The translations under genes were made by a program, and so were the position numbers. Below, piece after piece: positions 47,438-57,282 of a stretch of 64,000 nt of DNA. This DNA is from a virus. How positions within the stretch are numbered: position 1 is the first letter of the stretch; each line of letters starts with the position of its first letter. The stretch covers positions 3,785 through 67,784 of IMG/VR virus record IMGVR_UViG_3300016469_000426, one strand, 5' to 3'. The notes under the pieces were generated by a model that worked only from the letters and a program-made list of their open reading frames with translations, was not told where the DNA came from and made no database searches.

Positions 47438-47905
47438 ATGAACTCGAAAGTAAGAGTAACCGCTGATGCGGCCGGGAACGTTATTGTTCCATCAAAAAAC
47501 AACCCTGAGTGGGGTCACATTCGTGTTGAACAAACACGTATGGTGATTGACGAGCGCGGATTTGCTCGTAGAAAAACTGTTTCTGCCCTTATCCCGGGTA
47601 CCATTGCTGACCTTAAAGGGTTTGGCTGGTCTAAGGATCAGGAAGTAGAAGGAAAGATCATCGTAAAGGAGCGCCTTGAGCCCTTCAATACTGAAGATCC
47701 TGAACGCGATTATAAAGTCGCTGGAGAAACAAAAGTAGTATGTTGCCTTGATGGTCAACCAATCTACCGTAAGTCGTTCTACACCCTAAATGTGAACGCT
47801 CACGATGAAACCATCGAGCACAACAATGGCGATGCCATCAAAGCGGCTTATGCCGAACTTGCTGAAGCCAAGAAAGGTTCAGGCGAGTCTATCGATAAGC
47901 TGTAA
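47438..47905 (+). CDS. hypothetical protein
   Basis: Start at tttaccATG; 155 aa. Confidence 0.5.
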   Translation: MNSKVRVTADAAGNVIVPSKNNPEWGHIRVEQTRMVIDERGFARRKTVSALIPGTIADLKGFGWSKDQEVEGKIIVKERLEPFNTEDPERDYKVAGETKVVCCLDGQPIYRKSFYTLNVNAHDETIEHNNGDAIKAAYAELAEAKKGSGESIDKL

Positions 47906-47919
47906 TCGAATAAGAAGAT

Positions 47920-47960
47920 GAGGCGTAGGGACTAAACACCCCTATGCCTCTCTTTTTTTT
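47920..47960 (+). terminator. Rho-independent terminator
   Basis: gaggcgtaggg actaaacac ccctatgcctc tcttttttttc. Confidence 0.6.
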
Positions 47961-48010
47961 CTGTCGCCACAAAGAATTTTGCGAATGTTGAATCAGTTAA
48001 ACCATCACCT

Positions 48011-48523
48011 ATGACAAAAAAACACCCATCAAAGCAGGTTTTTCCGCCACCTGGAAAGGCGGATTATCAAGGTAGACTAAGCGACTACCAGGTAGAAGGA
48101 ACTTTATATCGTGGTAAGAGGTATCAGCAAATAGAACATGATCATCTCAACAGCCGACAAAACTTCCTTTACCATAGAGCCCTGTTTGGATTGAGTGTGT
48201 ACACGCAATTGGAGATCAAAGAGATGCGCAAAGACCAAAGAGAGCGTATCAAGAAAGTGCACAAGAGAACCCGACTTGTGCTGAATGTTTGGAAACAAGA
48301 ACTCATCAACCAATTCACCAACAACTTTTTCATCAAGTATTTTCCAAAGAGTCCTCTTACGAAGTCTCTTGTAGAAGGTACTACCATAGATCCAACATTC
48401 AAGTGCAGTATTAGTCTTGAAGCCTTAAAGATTGACAAGAGGCAGGTAGTGGATAAACTCATTAATGAGGGTATCCTTCCACACAATTTCTACGAACTCA
48501 AACCGGACCCAGTATGCAAGTAG
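48011..48523 (+). CDS. hypothetical protein
   Basis: 170 aa ORF. Confidence 0.45.
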   Translation: MTKKHPSKQVFPPPGKADYQGRLSDYQVEGTLYRGKRYQQIEHDHLNSRQNFLYHRALFGLSVYTQLEIKEMRKDQRERIKKVHKRTRLVLNVWKQELINQFTNNFFIKYFPKSPLTKSLVEGTTIDPTFKCSISLEALKIDKRQVVDKLINEGILPHNFYELKPDPVCK

Positions 48524-48753
48524 AATTTTTGGTGAACGGTGGCGTATCGCTACTGCTTAGCCCCGAAAACGAAATGGAAGAGCATTTGCTCAAGCAAATG
48601 ATGAAGCAGGACAATGAGCTAACCGAGATTCGGTCAAGTGTTGTAGTGCTGAACAAGACCTTCCGAAACGGAATCCTTGTAGCCAAGAAAACAAGCAACA
48701 AGAAGGAAGAAGAACCAAGTAAAGAAAATGAAGGCAAAGAAGAAACCGTGTGA
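48514..48753 (+). CDS. hypothetical protein
   Basis: 79 aa ORF. Confidence 0.4.
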   Translation: MQVEFLVNGGVSLLLSPENEMEEHLLKQMMKQDNELTEIRSSVVVLNKTFRNGILVAKKTSNKKEEEPSKENEGKEETV

Positions 48754-49171
48754 TGGTTGCGGGAATGATAAGGTGATTTGGAAAAATCACCAGGGGAAGC
48801 GTTACTGTAAGCAGTGCTGGAGTGCTCATTCAGTTACTACTCAGCCTAAACCAACGGCTAAACGGAAAGCGCTTCCTCATCGTTCCCAAAAACGTATAAA
48901 AGAGGAAGCAGAATATTCTCAGAAGAGAAGGGTGTTTTTACTAAATCATCCGATGTGTGAAGCTCATCTGTTAGGAATCTGTACTCAACATGCAACCGAT
49001 GTTCATCATAAAGCCGGTCGCACCGGAACTCTTTACCTCGACGAAAAATACTGGTTAGCCACATGTCGCAGTTGCCACATGTGGATTGAAACACACCCGA
49101 AGGAAGCCCGGGAAATGGGGCTTTCATTATCAAAGCATAATCAGAATGAGCAAGAAGAAGGAACTCCCTAA
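48728..49171 (+). CDS. HNH-type nuclease domain protein (NinG/Rap-like)
   Basis: N-terminal CDGCGN...CKQC zinc ribbon; C...HATDVHHKAGR...CRSCHMWIETH. Confidence 0.45.
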   Translation: MKAKKKPCDGCGNDKVIWKNHQGKRYCKQCWSAHSVTTQPKPTAKRKALPHRSQKRIKEEAEYSQKRRVFLLNHPMCEAHLLGICTQHATDVHHKAGRTGTLYLDEKYWLATCRSCHMWIETHPKEAREMGLSLSKHNQNEQEEGTP

Positions 49172-49406
49172 GATAGGTTCCAAGATGTACGCTATTCATC
49201 GTAAGTACATCGATGAAAATCTTAACTGTCGTGTGCTTGTTGCCACTGTGCGAACATACGAAAGAATAAACGGTCAAATTCGACCTGTATTGAACGTTGT
49301 GGGTAATCCTAAGCAGGAAGTCCACCATGACACTCATTATGTCTACGAAGACTTACCAGCCTGTATGAAAGCCTTGAAAGGAGGTAAACGTGGAGCATCC
49401 AAGTAG
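49146..49406 (+). CDS. hypothetical basic protein
   Basis: ORF overlapping upstream gene end. Confidence 0.35.
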   Translation: MSKKKELPKIGSKMYAIHRKYIDENLNCRVLVATVRTYERINGQIRPVLNVVGNPKQEVHHDTHYVYEDLPACMKALKGGKRGASK

Positions 49407-49689
49407 AACTTATCTTAAGAGGATCATGAAGAACTTCTGGAAGACTAAGTGGGTACCCGGTAGATCTCCTGAAATTTGGGCGAATGTTTATCAACGAAAT
49501 TGTCGCGATAGAGAAAGGATCGGACAGGCATTGCTAAAGCTTGAGCTGGAAAAACGTATTACACCTGAAGAAAAAGCTAATCTATCAAAGATGCTCGAAT
49601 CGCCTGATCATGAAAATATCTATATGGCTATATCTGTTATGGCCGGTTTAGCTCCTAGGAAATTTCAACGGAGAGAAAGGAATCGTTAA
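49390..49689 (+). CDS. small protein with shared module
   Basis: ...ITPEEKANLSKMLESPDHENIYMAISVMAGL. Confidence 0.5.
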   Translation: MEHPSRTYLKRIMKNFWKTKWVPGRSPEIWANVYQRNCRDRERIGQALLKLELEKRITPEEKANLSKMLESPDHENIYMAISVMAGLAPRKFQRRERNR

Positions 49690-50705
49690 TGGATGTACAA
49701 GATAAGATTGCTCGTGACGAATATGAGGTAATGAAGGCCAAGTTATCTCAAATGGTAGGAGGAGACCCTCAAAAGTTGGAGATTCTTCTTAACACAAAGC
49801 TTATGCGTTGGCTTAAAGGTAAAAATCAGTGGAGGTACAAACACACATTTGCAACCGGTAAAAGAGCTGGTCAAACACACGAATTCGTTTACAACGGTCG
49901 CATAAAACGTGATGTAAGAACTGCCAAGATTTTGTTACCTAAAGAGATTGAGAAGCTTTATGCTGCTCAGATCATAACAGAAGAGGAACGCGCAAATTTT
50001 AAGGCAATGTTGAAGTCTCCAGATGATGAAAACATTCTCATGGCTGAACTTAGTATTAACGAGCTTCGAAAGAAGCGTCTGGCAAAAGAAGCCAGAAAAA
50101 AGAATAAGAGCATAATGAAAACGCTACAAGAAATCTTTGCGCAAGACATGGCACAATTTCGGTACGAGATTAAAAACTTTATAGAAAACTTCTTTGAAGA
50201 AAATAAAGAGGTTCGTCCAATAGTGTTTGTACTCGAAAGAAGTGAAAGTAAAACCAAGTTCGGAATCCTTGCTGGTATTGGTCAGTTGTTTACAAGCGAT
50301 GAAGGAAAAAATCAAGCTGCTGAAATTCTTCGTGAATTCATTAAAGAACATAAAGTAATCGCAATGGCTACAGCTTTTGAAGGTTGGATGCGTGCAGTAC
50401 CGATTGAAGATAAGGATGAAGTCCTTGATGAAAACGGAAACTACCGTAATGACGTTCCGCGTCCTTCAGAAGCACCGGATCGTGTAGAAGTGCTCATGAT
50501 AAATTTCGAAACTCACAATCAGGAATCGAAAGTTTTCTACAAGATTAATCGTGAAGAAGCTGAACCAAAATTAGAGATTATGCAAAATCTAGATTGGTCA
50601 GAGAAAACTGGCAAATCTAAAGGAAGATTTGATGATCTTCTTAGTGAGAACTATACAGAAATGGCAGAACATCTCCGCGAAAGTATAGAAAAGAGCATGA
50701 ATTAA
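49689..50705 (+). CDS. hypothetical protein with shared module
   Basis: ...IITEEERANFKAMLKSPDDENILMAELSINEL; 338 aa. Confidence 0.5.
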   Translation: MDVQDKIARDEYEVMKAKLSQMVGGDPQKLEILLNTKLMRWLKGKNQWRYKHTFATGKRAGQTHEFVYNGRIKRDVRTAKILLPKEIEKLYAAQIITEEERANFKAMLKSPDDENILMAELSINELRKKRLAKEARKKNKSIMKTLQEIFAQDMAQFRYEIKNFIENFFEENKEVRPIVFVLERSESKTKFGILAGIGQLFTSDEGKNQAAEILREFIKEHKVIAMATAFEGWMRAVPIEDKDEVLDENGNYRNDVPRPSEAPDRVEVLMINFETHNQESKVFYKINREEAEPKLEIMQNLDWSEKTGKSKGRFDDLLSENYTEMAEHLRESIEKSMN

Positions 50706-50785
50706 TCTTGATTTGCAAGAACAGTAAAGATCGTCCTGGTCTTGCAAAATAATTATTGGCGATCGACAAGAGTAACATTAATCAA

Positions 50786-50977
50786 ATGAAAACCGGAACA
50801 GTAAAGTTCTTTAAAGAAGACAAAGGCTACGGCTTTATCACTGATGACGCATCTCAAACAGAAGTATTTGTGCACATCACAAATTGTAAGGGTGACATCA
50901 AAACTGGAGATCGTGTAACCTTCGAGGTCACCAAAGGAAAGAAAGGTGATCAAGCTACCAATGTAAGTAAAATCTGA
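50786..50977 (+). CDS. cold-shock protein (CspA family)
   Basis: MKTGTVKFFKEDKGYGFITDD...VFVHI. Confidence 0.75.
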   Translation: MKTGTVKFFKEDKGYGFITDDASQTEVFVHITNCKGDIKTGDRVTFEVTKGKKGDQATNVSKI

Positions 50978-50978
50978 C

Positions 50979-51281
50979 ATGGGTAAGCTAAAGCAGCTAT
51001 CTCTCGATCATCGAGGGTATGAAATCAGAGGTGAAGTCCTGATTAAAGCCTGGGGAGGAAAGATGGGTACAGTGTCAATGACTCCTGTATTTTTACCTGC
51101 TTTAAAATTAACTCACAACGCCATTAAGCGCTCCGTCAATGACGGAGGCTTTGGCTGTGAGAGAATAGAACAAGCAACCGTTATGATCTATGACGTATAC
51201 GGTTTCACACCAGCGTACAAACAATTCAATCGAGTCATAGAACTCGACTTCCTACAATGCCGGGAAGCATTCACAGGCTAA
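50979..51281 (+). CDS. hypothetical protein
   Basis: 100 aa ORF. Confidence 0.45.
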   Translation: MGKLKQLSLDHRGYEIRGEVLIKAWGGKMGTVSMTPVFLPALKLTHNAIKRSVNDGGFGCERIEQATVMIYDVYGFTPAYKQFNRVIELDFLQCREAFTG

Positions 51282-51282
51282 T

Positions 51283-51699
51283 TTGTCAACAGTTATGAGC
51301 AAGAAAAATGAACTAGGAGTAGCTTTAGTCAAAGAAGCCTGTCGTTTATGCGGAACCATCTATGATGGACCAATTGTGATGAATACAAGGCTGACTGTAT
51401 CCATGGCTGAAAAGGTAGAAGCAATGCATGGCAAGGTAATCGGATTTCTTCCCGAACCCTGCGATCAATGTAAAGACCTAATGAGCAAGGGATTTCTTAT
51501 CATCGGCGTAATAGAAGAAAAGACTGATGATAAAGATAATCCTTGGCGCTCTGGTCATCAATGGGTATTGCGCATGGACAAAGCTCGAGAAATATTTACA
51601 AAAGACGTCTGCGATAAAGGAGCGGCTTTTATTGATATTTCCTTAGCCAAAGCTTTAGGATTGCCTGTAGCAGATGTGACACCAAAAGCAGAGTCATGA
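51283..51699 (+). CDS. hypothetical CxxC...CxxC protein
   Basis: 138 aa. Confidence 0.45.
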   Translation: MSTVMSKKNELGVALVKEACRLCGTIYDGPIVMNTRLTVSMAEKVEAMHGKVIGFLPEPCDQCKDLMSKGFLIIGVIEEKTDDKDNPWRSGHQWVLRMDKAREIFTKDVCDKGAAFIDISLAKALGLPVADVTPKAES

Positions 51700-52034
51700 A
51701 AACACTACACTTTGAAAAGGAAAAAGGAGGATGGTTCATCGTCCTACCCGAATGGACAGGAAGCAAAGCTGACTTGGCCATGGTTGCCGGAGCCGACAAA
51801 CTTTTGGATGTATTAGCTCTAGGAGCTGATAAGGTATCTTTAAAAGTAGCTCAAGCACCAATCGATGATTTTTATCGTCTCACTCTAAAAGAGTATACAC
51901 CAAAAGAAGGAGGAGCGATATACAAGACATACGGTAACAAAGATTTCCCTAAGGAGATCTGGTTATGTGATGTCACCAAATTTGTGTTCGGTGGTTATAT
52001 GCCAACAGAACTATACTTCAGGAGAATCTACTAA
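51696..52034 (+). CDS. hypothetical protein
   Basis: 112 aa ORF. Confidence 0.45.
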   Translation: MKTLHFEKEKGGWFIVLPEWTGSKADLAMVAGADKLLDVLALGADKVSLKVAQAPIDDFYRLTLKEYTPKEGGAIYKTYGNKDFPKEIWLCDVTKFVFGGYMPTELYFRRIY

Positions 52035-52045
52035 ACAACTATAGC

Positions 52046-53143
52046 ATGGAAACAAGAGACCAAATCAAAACTCGTGTACAAGGTGAAGCTCTTGCTAAAG
52101 TGCTACCTCTACGAAGAGCCGGTGTATATTTATCGATGGGTGTTGGAAAAACCTTACTTGGTATTAAGCACATGGCTGAAAATTACACAGACTACTCCAA
52201 GTTTTTGATTGTTGCACCGAAGATCTCTATACACGATGAGTGGATAGAACAGGCTAAACAATACGGCTATGAGTATCTTATACCACATATGCACTTTACC
52301 ACATATCTATCTCTCCCAAAGCAGGATTTGGATTACGATGTAGTATACCTAGATGAATGTCACTCATTGCTCTTTTCACATGAGGAATGGTTGCGCGAAC
52401 ATCCAGGTAAAATACTCGGATTAACCGGAACACCGCCAAGGTATGAGAGATCAGAGAAAGGTAAAATGGTATCGCAGTTCTGTCCGATTGTCTATGAGTA
52501 TGAAATGGAAGATGCAGTGGGTGATAAGGTATTGAACGACTACAAGATTATTATCCATATGCTCTCACTGGATCCTAATAAGACTATGCGTGTAGAGCGT
52601 AAAGGAAAGGTATGGTATACGTCTGAACTTGCAACTTATCAGTACTGGAGTCAAAGACTTGATGCAGCTGCTCACAAAAAAGAACAGCAGATCATGAGTG
52701 TGATGAGGATGAAGTCTATGATGGATTTTCCAAGTAAGGAGGTACTAGCAGCAAAAATTGCCTCTCAAATAACGGACAAGCACATAATCTTTGCTAATAC
52801 GCAGGATCAAGCAGACAGATTGTGTTCTCACAGTTACCATAGTGGTAACCCTGATTCAGAGGATAACCTCATCCTGTTTAAGAAGGGAGAAATAAATCGA
52901 CTCTCAGCTGTACTACAGTTGAATGAAGGTGTAAACATCCCTAACCTTAGAGAGGGTATAATCCTGCATGCTTATGGAAACGAGCGAAAAGCTTCTCAGA
53001 GAATCGGAAGATTGCTGAGATTAAATCCGGATGATGTCGCAACAATCCATATCCTATGCTATCGAGACACTGTTGATGAAAGGTGGGTCAAATCCGCTCT
53101 TGAAGACAGAGATCCTAGCAAAATTTCTTACCAGCAATGGTAA
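52046..53143 (+). CDS. SF2 (DExH-box) helicase
   Basis: Walker A LSMGVGKT, motif II DECH, motif III LTGTP, motif VI QRIGRLLR. Confidence 0.6.
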   Translation: METRDQIKTRVQGEALAKVLPLRRAGVYLSMGVGKTLLGIKHMAENYTDYSKFLIVAPKISIHDEWIEQAKQYGYEYLIPHMHFTTYLSLPKQDLDYDVVYLDECHSLLFSHEEWLREHPGKILGLTGTPPRYERSEKGKMVSQFCPIVYEYEMEDAVGDKVLNDYKIIIHMLSLDPNKTMRVERKGKVWYTSELATYQYWSQRLDAAAHKKEQQIMSVMRMKSMMDFPSKEVLAAKIASQITDKHIIFANTQDQADRLCSHSYHSGNPDSEDNLILFKKGEINRLSAVLQLNEGVNIPNLREGIILHAYGNERKASQRIGRLLRLNPDDVATIHILCYRDTVDERWVKSALEDRDPSKISYQQW

Positions 53144-53144
53144 A

Positions 53145-53315
53145 GCTACCGTGGCGGAATTGGCAGACGCTCCACTTTGAAGCGCGGCATGTGCTTCCCG
53201 GCACCTAATAATGCTCAGCTGAGTGGTACGTAGGGATAAAGACTCTACTCCTTGAGGGTAGGACCTTGATCAGGTGACGACGGTCATGCAGGTTCGACTC
53301 CTGCCGGTAGTACCA
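53145..53315 (+). ncRNA. tRNA-like element with encoded CCA and ~95-nt internal insertion (intron-containing tRNA or tRNA-like RNA)
   Basis: 5' GCTACCG + D-arm GCGGAATTGGCAGACGC at 53145-53170; 3' GCAGG TTCGACT CCTGC CGGTAGT A CCA at 53288-53315; acceptor halves complementary. Confidence 0.35.
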
Positions 53316-53336
53316 ACTTCTAAAAAAATCATCTCT

Positions 53337-53708
53337 ATGTCAAACAGAAGAAAGCCAGCTGGGGCTAAAAAGCCAGCAAAATCAGCCGTTGTAAAAAAGG
53401 CAGATCTCGGGGATAACCCTTTCGAGATTGAATCGGGTGTTGTATTAACTGCTAATCGTTCTTCATCAAGCTTACACATTCAGCAGTTACTTGAACGAGT
53501 AAGAGAACTTCCTGTAAGCAAAGAAGTCTCGATTCTTATTCCCAAGAGTATTGCAGAGAAAGCTTCAGATGCTTCGAATCTTGTATTAGGTGTAAGGCGA
53601 CTTATTGCTGAAGATGCAAGTTTTCCCAAGAACTTTACGATAACTCTGAAAACCTTTAAGGATAATCAGGGTAACTATCTGAATGCTCGCATATGGAGGA
53701 TTCACTAA
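53337..53708 (+). CDS. hypothetical protein with basic N-terminus
   Basis: Start at internal ATG after tRNA-like element. Confidence 0.4.
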   Translation: MSNRRKPAGAKKPAKSAVVKKADLGDNPFEIESGVVLTANRSSSSLHIQQLLERVRELPVSKEVSILIPKSIAEKASDASNLVLGVRRLIAEDASFPKNFTITLKTFKDNQGNYLNARIWRIH

Positions 53709-53908
53709 AAGATCAGCGCCGATACGAAACTGCTCAACGAATCTACGACACAATGCTTATGGACATCAACCTTAAAGATAACCAAGGTAATGTCGATTAT
53801 GATGAGGTGGCAGACAAAGCCGTTAGAGCAGCTGATGCATTCATAAACAGACTATATTTGCATCATGAATCAGAAGGAAGGAATAGGGGCTCTAGCAAAA
53901 GCTCTTGA
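53693..53908 (+). CDS. hypothetical protein
   Basis: 71 aa ORF. Confidence 0.35.
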   Translation: MEDSLKDQRRYETAQRIYDTMLMDINLKDNQGNVDYDEVADKAVRAADAFINRLYLHHESEGRNRGSSKSS

Positions 53909-54054
53909 AGGTTTTGACAAAAGACACTGTCCTTCAGGTGAACTACATGTATTCCAGATGATAAAGGGCTCCGGAAAAAAAACCGGAGTCCCAACCTGGA
54001 AATGTGTTCGATGTGACAAGAAGGTCAAGTCTAATTAATCTTTATATTTGCGCT

Positions 54055-54348
54055 ATGCCAGTAACATCAGTAGAAATCCCCCAACAAGATGGCAGCAAGA
54101 GAAGGCTGCAATTTTATACTGAGCAACATCCAACCGGATTATTCGTAGGAGTAAGACAATGCGATCAGGAATGGATACCATTCGGAGAGCCTGCTGAAAC
54201 CACAGATCCTCGCTCAGAAGAAACTTACCACAAAGAACTGCGTCAAGCAGCTGTGGAAAAAGGACAATTCGTAGCTCAGTATTCAACTAACCCGGAGTGG
54301 AATCCAGGTTATACACCACCAGAAGATGGAGATCAAAGTACCCTTTAA
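54055..54348 (+). CDS. hypothetical protein
   Basis: ORF, start at gcgctATG. Confidence 0.4.
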   Translation: MPVTSVEIPQQDGSKRRLQFYTEQHPTGLFVGVRQCDQEWIPFGEPAETTDPRSEETYHKELRQAAVEKGQFVAQYSTNPEWNPGYTPPEDGDQSTL

Positions 54349-54637
54349 GGTCATCTGTATAGATGACAAATTCCGACCAGATGGAATCCCTACATCGAAG
54401 TGGGTAAAACATGGTCAGGAGTATACCGTTATAGAGGTAACGAAGATGCTTATTCAGGGAGGCATGCTTGGATACAAGCTTCAGGAACTAAACATTGACG
54501 ACTGCTTCCCTTATCAATACTTTGCAGCGAGACGTTTCGGAATCGTTGTAACAAATGATATGTTGCTTGAGATGCAACTGGAGAAACTCTTGGAGGAAGC
54601 TAAGAAGGAAGCAGCAGAACAACTGCAGCCAGCATGA
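54326..54637 (+). CDS. hypothetical protein
   Basis: 103 aa ORF. Confidence 0.45.
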   Translation: MEIKVPFKVICIDDKFRPDGIPTSKWVKHGQEYTVIEVTKMLIQGGMLGYKLQELNIDDCFPYQYFAARRFGIVVTNDMLLEMQLEKLLEEAKKEAAEQLQPA

Positions 54638-55143
54638 CACTACAAGAAACACTTACTGATCCAAAGATCGAGTATGAATCTTATATAACGGGCCCTAAAG
54701 GGGCTCGTTTTGTTTTGTACCCGGTGAAGGATAAACATACCACAGAAGATGTGAAAAGAGCCAGGCAATGGCTCTATCGAGAAAAAGATGTGGTAAGCCT
54801 TCAGATAAGGTGGAAAAGAGAAGGAGATGATGCTCCGCCACCTGAGAAAATACCAGACTACATTATGCTCAAAGAGCTTAAAAAACAGCTGGGAGAAAAA
54901 GAATCTTACATCGAAGAGCTTGAAGATAAGATCAAGCAGATGACGATCAGCTATAATCAAGAGCTGGATCGTGACGCACGCAAGCAAGTAAAAAGCGAAA
55001 CTCTATACAAACAACTTAACGCTCAACTCGAGAAGGAAAAGAAGACAAATAACAATCTCAGAGCTACCATATCGGAGCTCGTAACTAAACTCAACAAGTA
55101 TGAGCACAATAATGGGACAAACACCCAAGGAAACCTGGGATGA
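54634..55143 (+). CDS. coiled-coil protein
   Basis: 169 aa, heptad-rich. Confidence 0.45.
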   Translation: MTLQETLTDPKIEYESYITGPKGARFVLYPVKDKHTTEDVKRARQWLYREKDVVSLQIRWKREGDDAPPPEKIPDYIMLKELKKQLGEKESYIEELEDKIKQMTISYNQELDRDARKQVKSETLYKQLNAQLEKEKKTNNNLRATISELVTKLNKYEHNNGTNTQGNLG

Positions 55144-55324
55144 CTTTACCGCGATAGGTATAGCGGAAGGCTTCATCGAAGAAAAAGATGAAAAGAAGAT
55201 TATCTCGGCATGGCAGCACCTTGTTGATACAGGTTTAGCTTGGCGTCTCCAAGGCTGGTTCGGCCGGCAAGCAAATGCAATGATAGAGCAGGGACTCATT
55301 AAACCCGCAGGAAGTGACCGCTGA
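55100..55324 (+). CDS. hypothetical protein
   Basis: 74 aa ORF. Confidence 0.35.
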   Translation: MSTIMGQTPKETWDDFTAIGIAEGFIEEKDEKKIISAWQHLVDTGLAWRLQGWFGRQANAMIEQGLIKPAGSDR

Positions 55325-55350
55325 TTCAGGTCTACACAAAAAGCTAAGTT

Positions 55351-55572
55351 ATGATTGTCAAAATACAATCCAGCCAGTTTTCCTCCGATGGAATAGGGCG
55401 CTGTCTTATTTACGATCGTTCAAGAAGGGTCTATTATGAGACTGATAAGCGTGATGAAGTCGAGCCTTTAATGAAGGTGCTTAAGGGTCGCCCAAAGGCT
55501 TACTTCAACGCTGAACTCAACAAAGAGGGGAAAGTTATTGTCAAAGATGAAGCACCTAATCAAGACTGGTAA
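55351..55572 (+). CDS. hypothetical protein
   Basis: 73 aa ORF. Confidence 0.45.
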   Translation: MIVKIQSSQFSSDGIGRCLIYDRSRRVYYETDKRDEVEPLMKVLKGRPKAYFNAELNKEGKVIVKDEAPNQDW

Positions 55573-56303
55573 TGGAAACACAAACTCAAAAACAAGCACG
55601 AAGATCATTCGGTAAACCTTATGATTGTCTTAAACCATGGCCAGAAGATTGCGGAGTGCAATGCGGCGATTCAGGTATTGTCCTAGGTGGAAAAGGTTCC
55701 TTAGGTAAAGTACTAGGAGGAGAAGATCCTCTAAAAGAATTATCTGAAGCTGCAGCTCACGAAGAAACTTACACTACAGCTTTCTTTGAGGCTTTTCCTA
55801 AGAATCCTTCATGTTTCATCAGAGGTGAAGGTAAAACCATAGAAGAAGCTGAAGAAAAAGCTTATCAGAAATGGCTCGGTATTCTCAACTGTCCCGGACA
55901 TGAGTTTGAAGCTCGTGGTAGAAAAGATGGTTACGGATATTGTAAGCATTGCACACTCTCTAAATCGGGAGTTCTTCCTATACTGAACAAGTGTTGTAAG
56001 TGTAAAGTTCCTACTAACTGGATGAGTGATACCAAAGGTAACATCTATTGCAAGAAGCATGCGCAGAATATTCCTAAGAAATACCTCAGCAGATGGCTAC
56101 AGGAAAAGCGTACTCCTCGCAAGATAAAGAAGCTTTACAAGAAAGCCTTTGCAATCTTATTGACTCGAGAAGGAAAATCCTTCAAGAAGATCAAGATGCA
56201 AGGTAAGTATGCAGAAGTTCTCGTAGCTGACTCTAAATGGCAGCTCGCTATTCCTTTCAGAAGGAGAAAGCTCATAGAAATTGCGAGAAGAAAAATATCA
56301 TGA
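55572..56303 (+). CDS. Cys-rich basic protein
   Basis: 243 aa; CPGH...CKHC...CCKCK. Confidence 0.45.
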   Translation: METQTQKQARRSFGKPYDCLKPWPEDCGVQCGDSGIVLGGKGSLGKVLGGEDPLKELSEAAAHEETYTTAFFEAFPKNPSCFIRGEGKTIEEAEEKAYQKWLGILNCPGHEFEARGRKDGYGYCKHCTLSKSGVLPILNKCCKCKVPTNWMSDTKGNIYCKKHAQNIPKKYLSRWLQEKRTPRKIKKLYKKAFAILLTREGKSFKKIKMQGKYAEVLVADSKWQLAIPFRRRKLIEIARRKIS

Positions 56304-56472
56304 AACTAAAGATGCCCCGGCGATATACGGACCGGTTGGAGACTCACCATCTCCGGAATGGTAAAGTGGTGTGGAATAAACCCTGTGTCACGGTCACTGC
56401 ATGCAAACCGTTGTAAACAGACTGGTACTATACCGGATCGTACCCGGATCAGGGTCTAAAAACAAAAAAAAA

Positions 56473-56934
56473 ATGGGAAGCAATAATCACTTACACAAAG
56501 AAGAATGTGAAGCATGTGCAAACGGAATGGATGCTGTGCTAGAAAAAGAGCGTAAAAGTATGGAAACTATGGGCTGGTATGCACATTATGTACCAGATGC
56601 TCATGACTGTCCTTTTGGAAAAAATTACCATACACATGGTTTACCAGAAAGTTTTAATCATCCAGATTTGCAAATCTGTTTAGGTATGAGACCTGAAACA
56701 GCACATATGATTATCTCAAATGCTGTGGAAGAAATCAAGAAAGGTAAAAAGTACGAGCACGGGAAAAGATATGATGACTTAATTGTCGCTACAGATCCTA
56801 ATCTCAAATATGACGTACTTGTATTAGAAGCTGAAGAGTGTGAGCGTCCAGTACTTCGTCTAATTATGCCGGATAAAGCTGGTACTTTTGATGGAGAACT
56901 CGCAGCACAAATGGAAGGCTGTAAAGAAATGTAA
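56473..56934 (+). CDS. hypothetical protein
   Basis: Start at A9-ATG; 153 aa. Confidence 0.45.
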   Translation: MGSNNHLHKEECEACANGMDAVLEKERKSMETMGWYAHYVPDAHDCPFGKNYHTHGLPESFNHPDLQICLGMRPETAHMIISNAVEEIKKGKKYEHGKRYDDLIVATDPNLKYDVLVLEAEECERPVLRLIMPDKAGTFDGELAAQMEGCKEM

Positions 56935-57012
56935 CAACTCAAGTAGTATATTGACCTCTCATGCCTAGAAATAGGCTGACGCCCATGAATGGCAAAAGAG
57001 CTCTGTTACAAT

Positions 57013-57080
57013 GGAGGACGTAGCTCAGTTGGTAGAGCAACGGTTGCCGTGGGTCGTAGGTTCGAGTCCTACCATCCTCC
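57013..57080 (+). pseudogene. tRNA-like sequence with truncated anticodon arm (tRNA pseudogene or tRNA-derived element)
   Basis: GAGGACG TA GCTCAGTTGGTAGAGC (canonical D-arm) then ACGG-TTG-CCGT mini-hairpin, T-arm GTAGG TTCGAGT CCTAC, acceptor CATCCTC; ~68 nt. Confidence 0.4.
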
Positions 57081-57123
57081 CTAACTTAAAACAACAGTTA
57101 TTCACTAAAAAACGTAGAAGAAG

Positions 57124-57282
57124 ATGAGAAACCTAATCATCGCAGCGGTAGTACTTGTATCATGTAGTACACCAAAGCAACCTGAGTACACACCCGAAGA
57201 GTTAAAGAACACTAAAGAATTGGATTCCATGCAGAAGAAGTTGGATTCTATCGAACACGTTAAAGATTCATTAGGAATATGA
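57124..57282 (+). CDS. small lipoprotein (52 aa, below ORF-track cutoff)
   Basis: MRNLIIAAVVLVSCSTPKQ... lipobox. Confidence 0.4.
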   Translation: MRNLIIAAVVLVSCSTPKQPEYTPEELKNTKELDSMQKKLDSIEHVKDSLGI

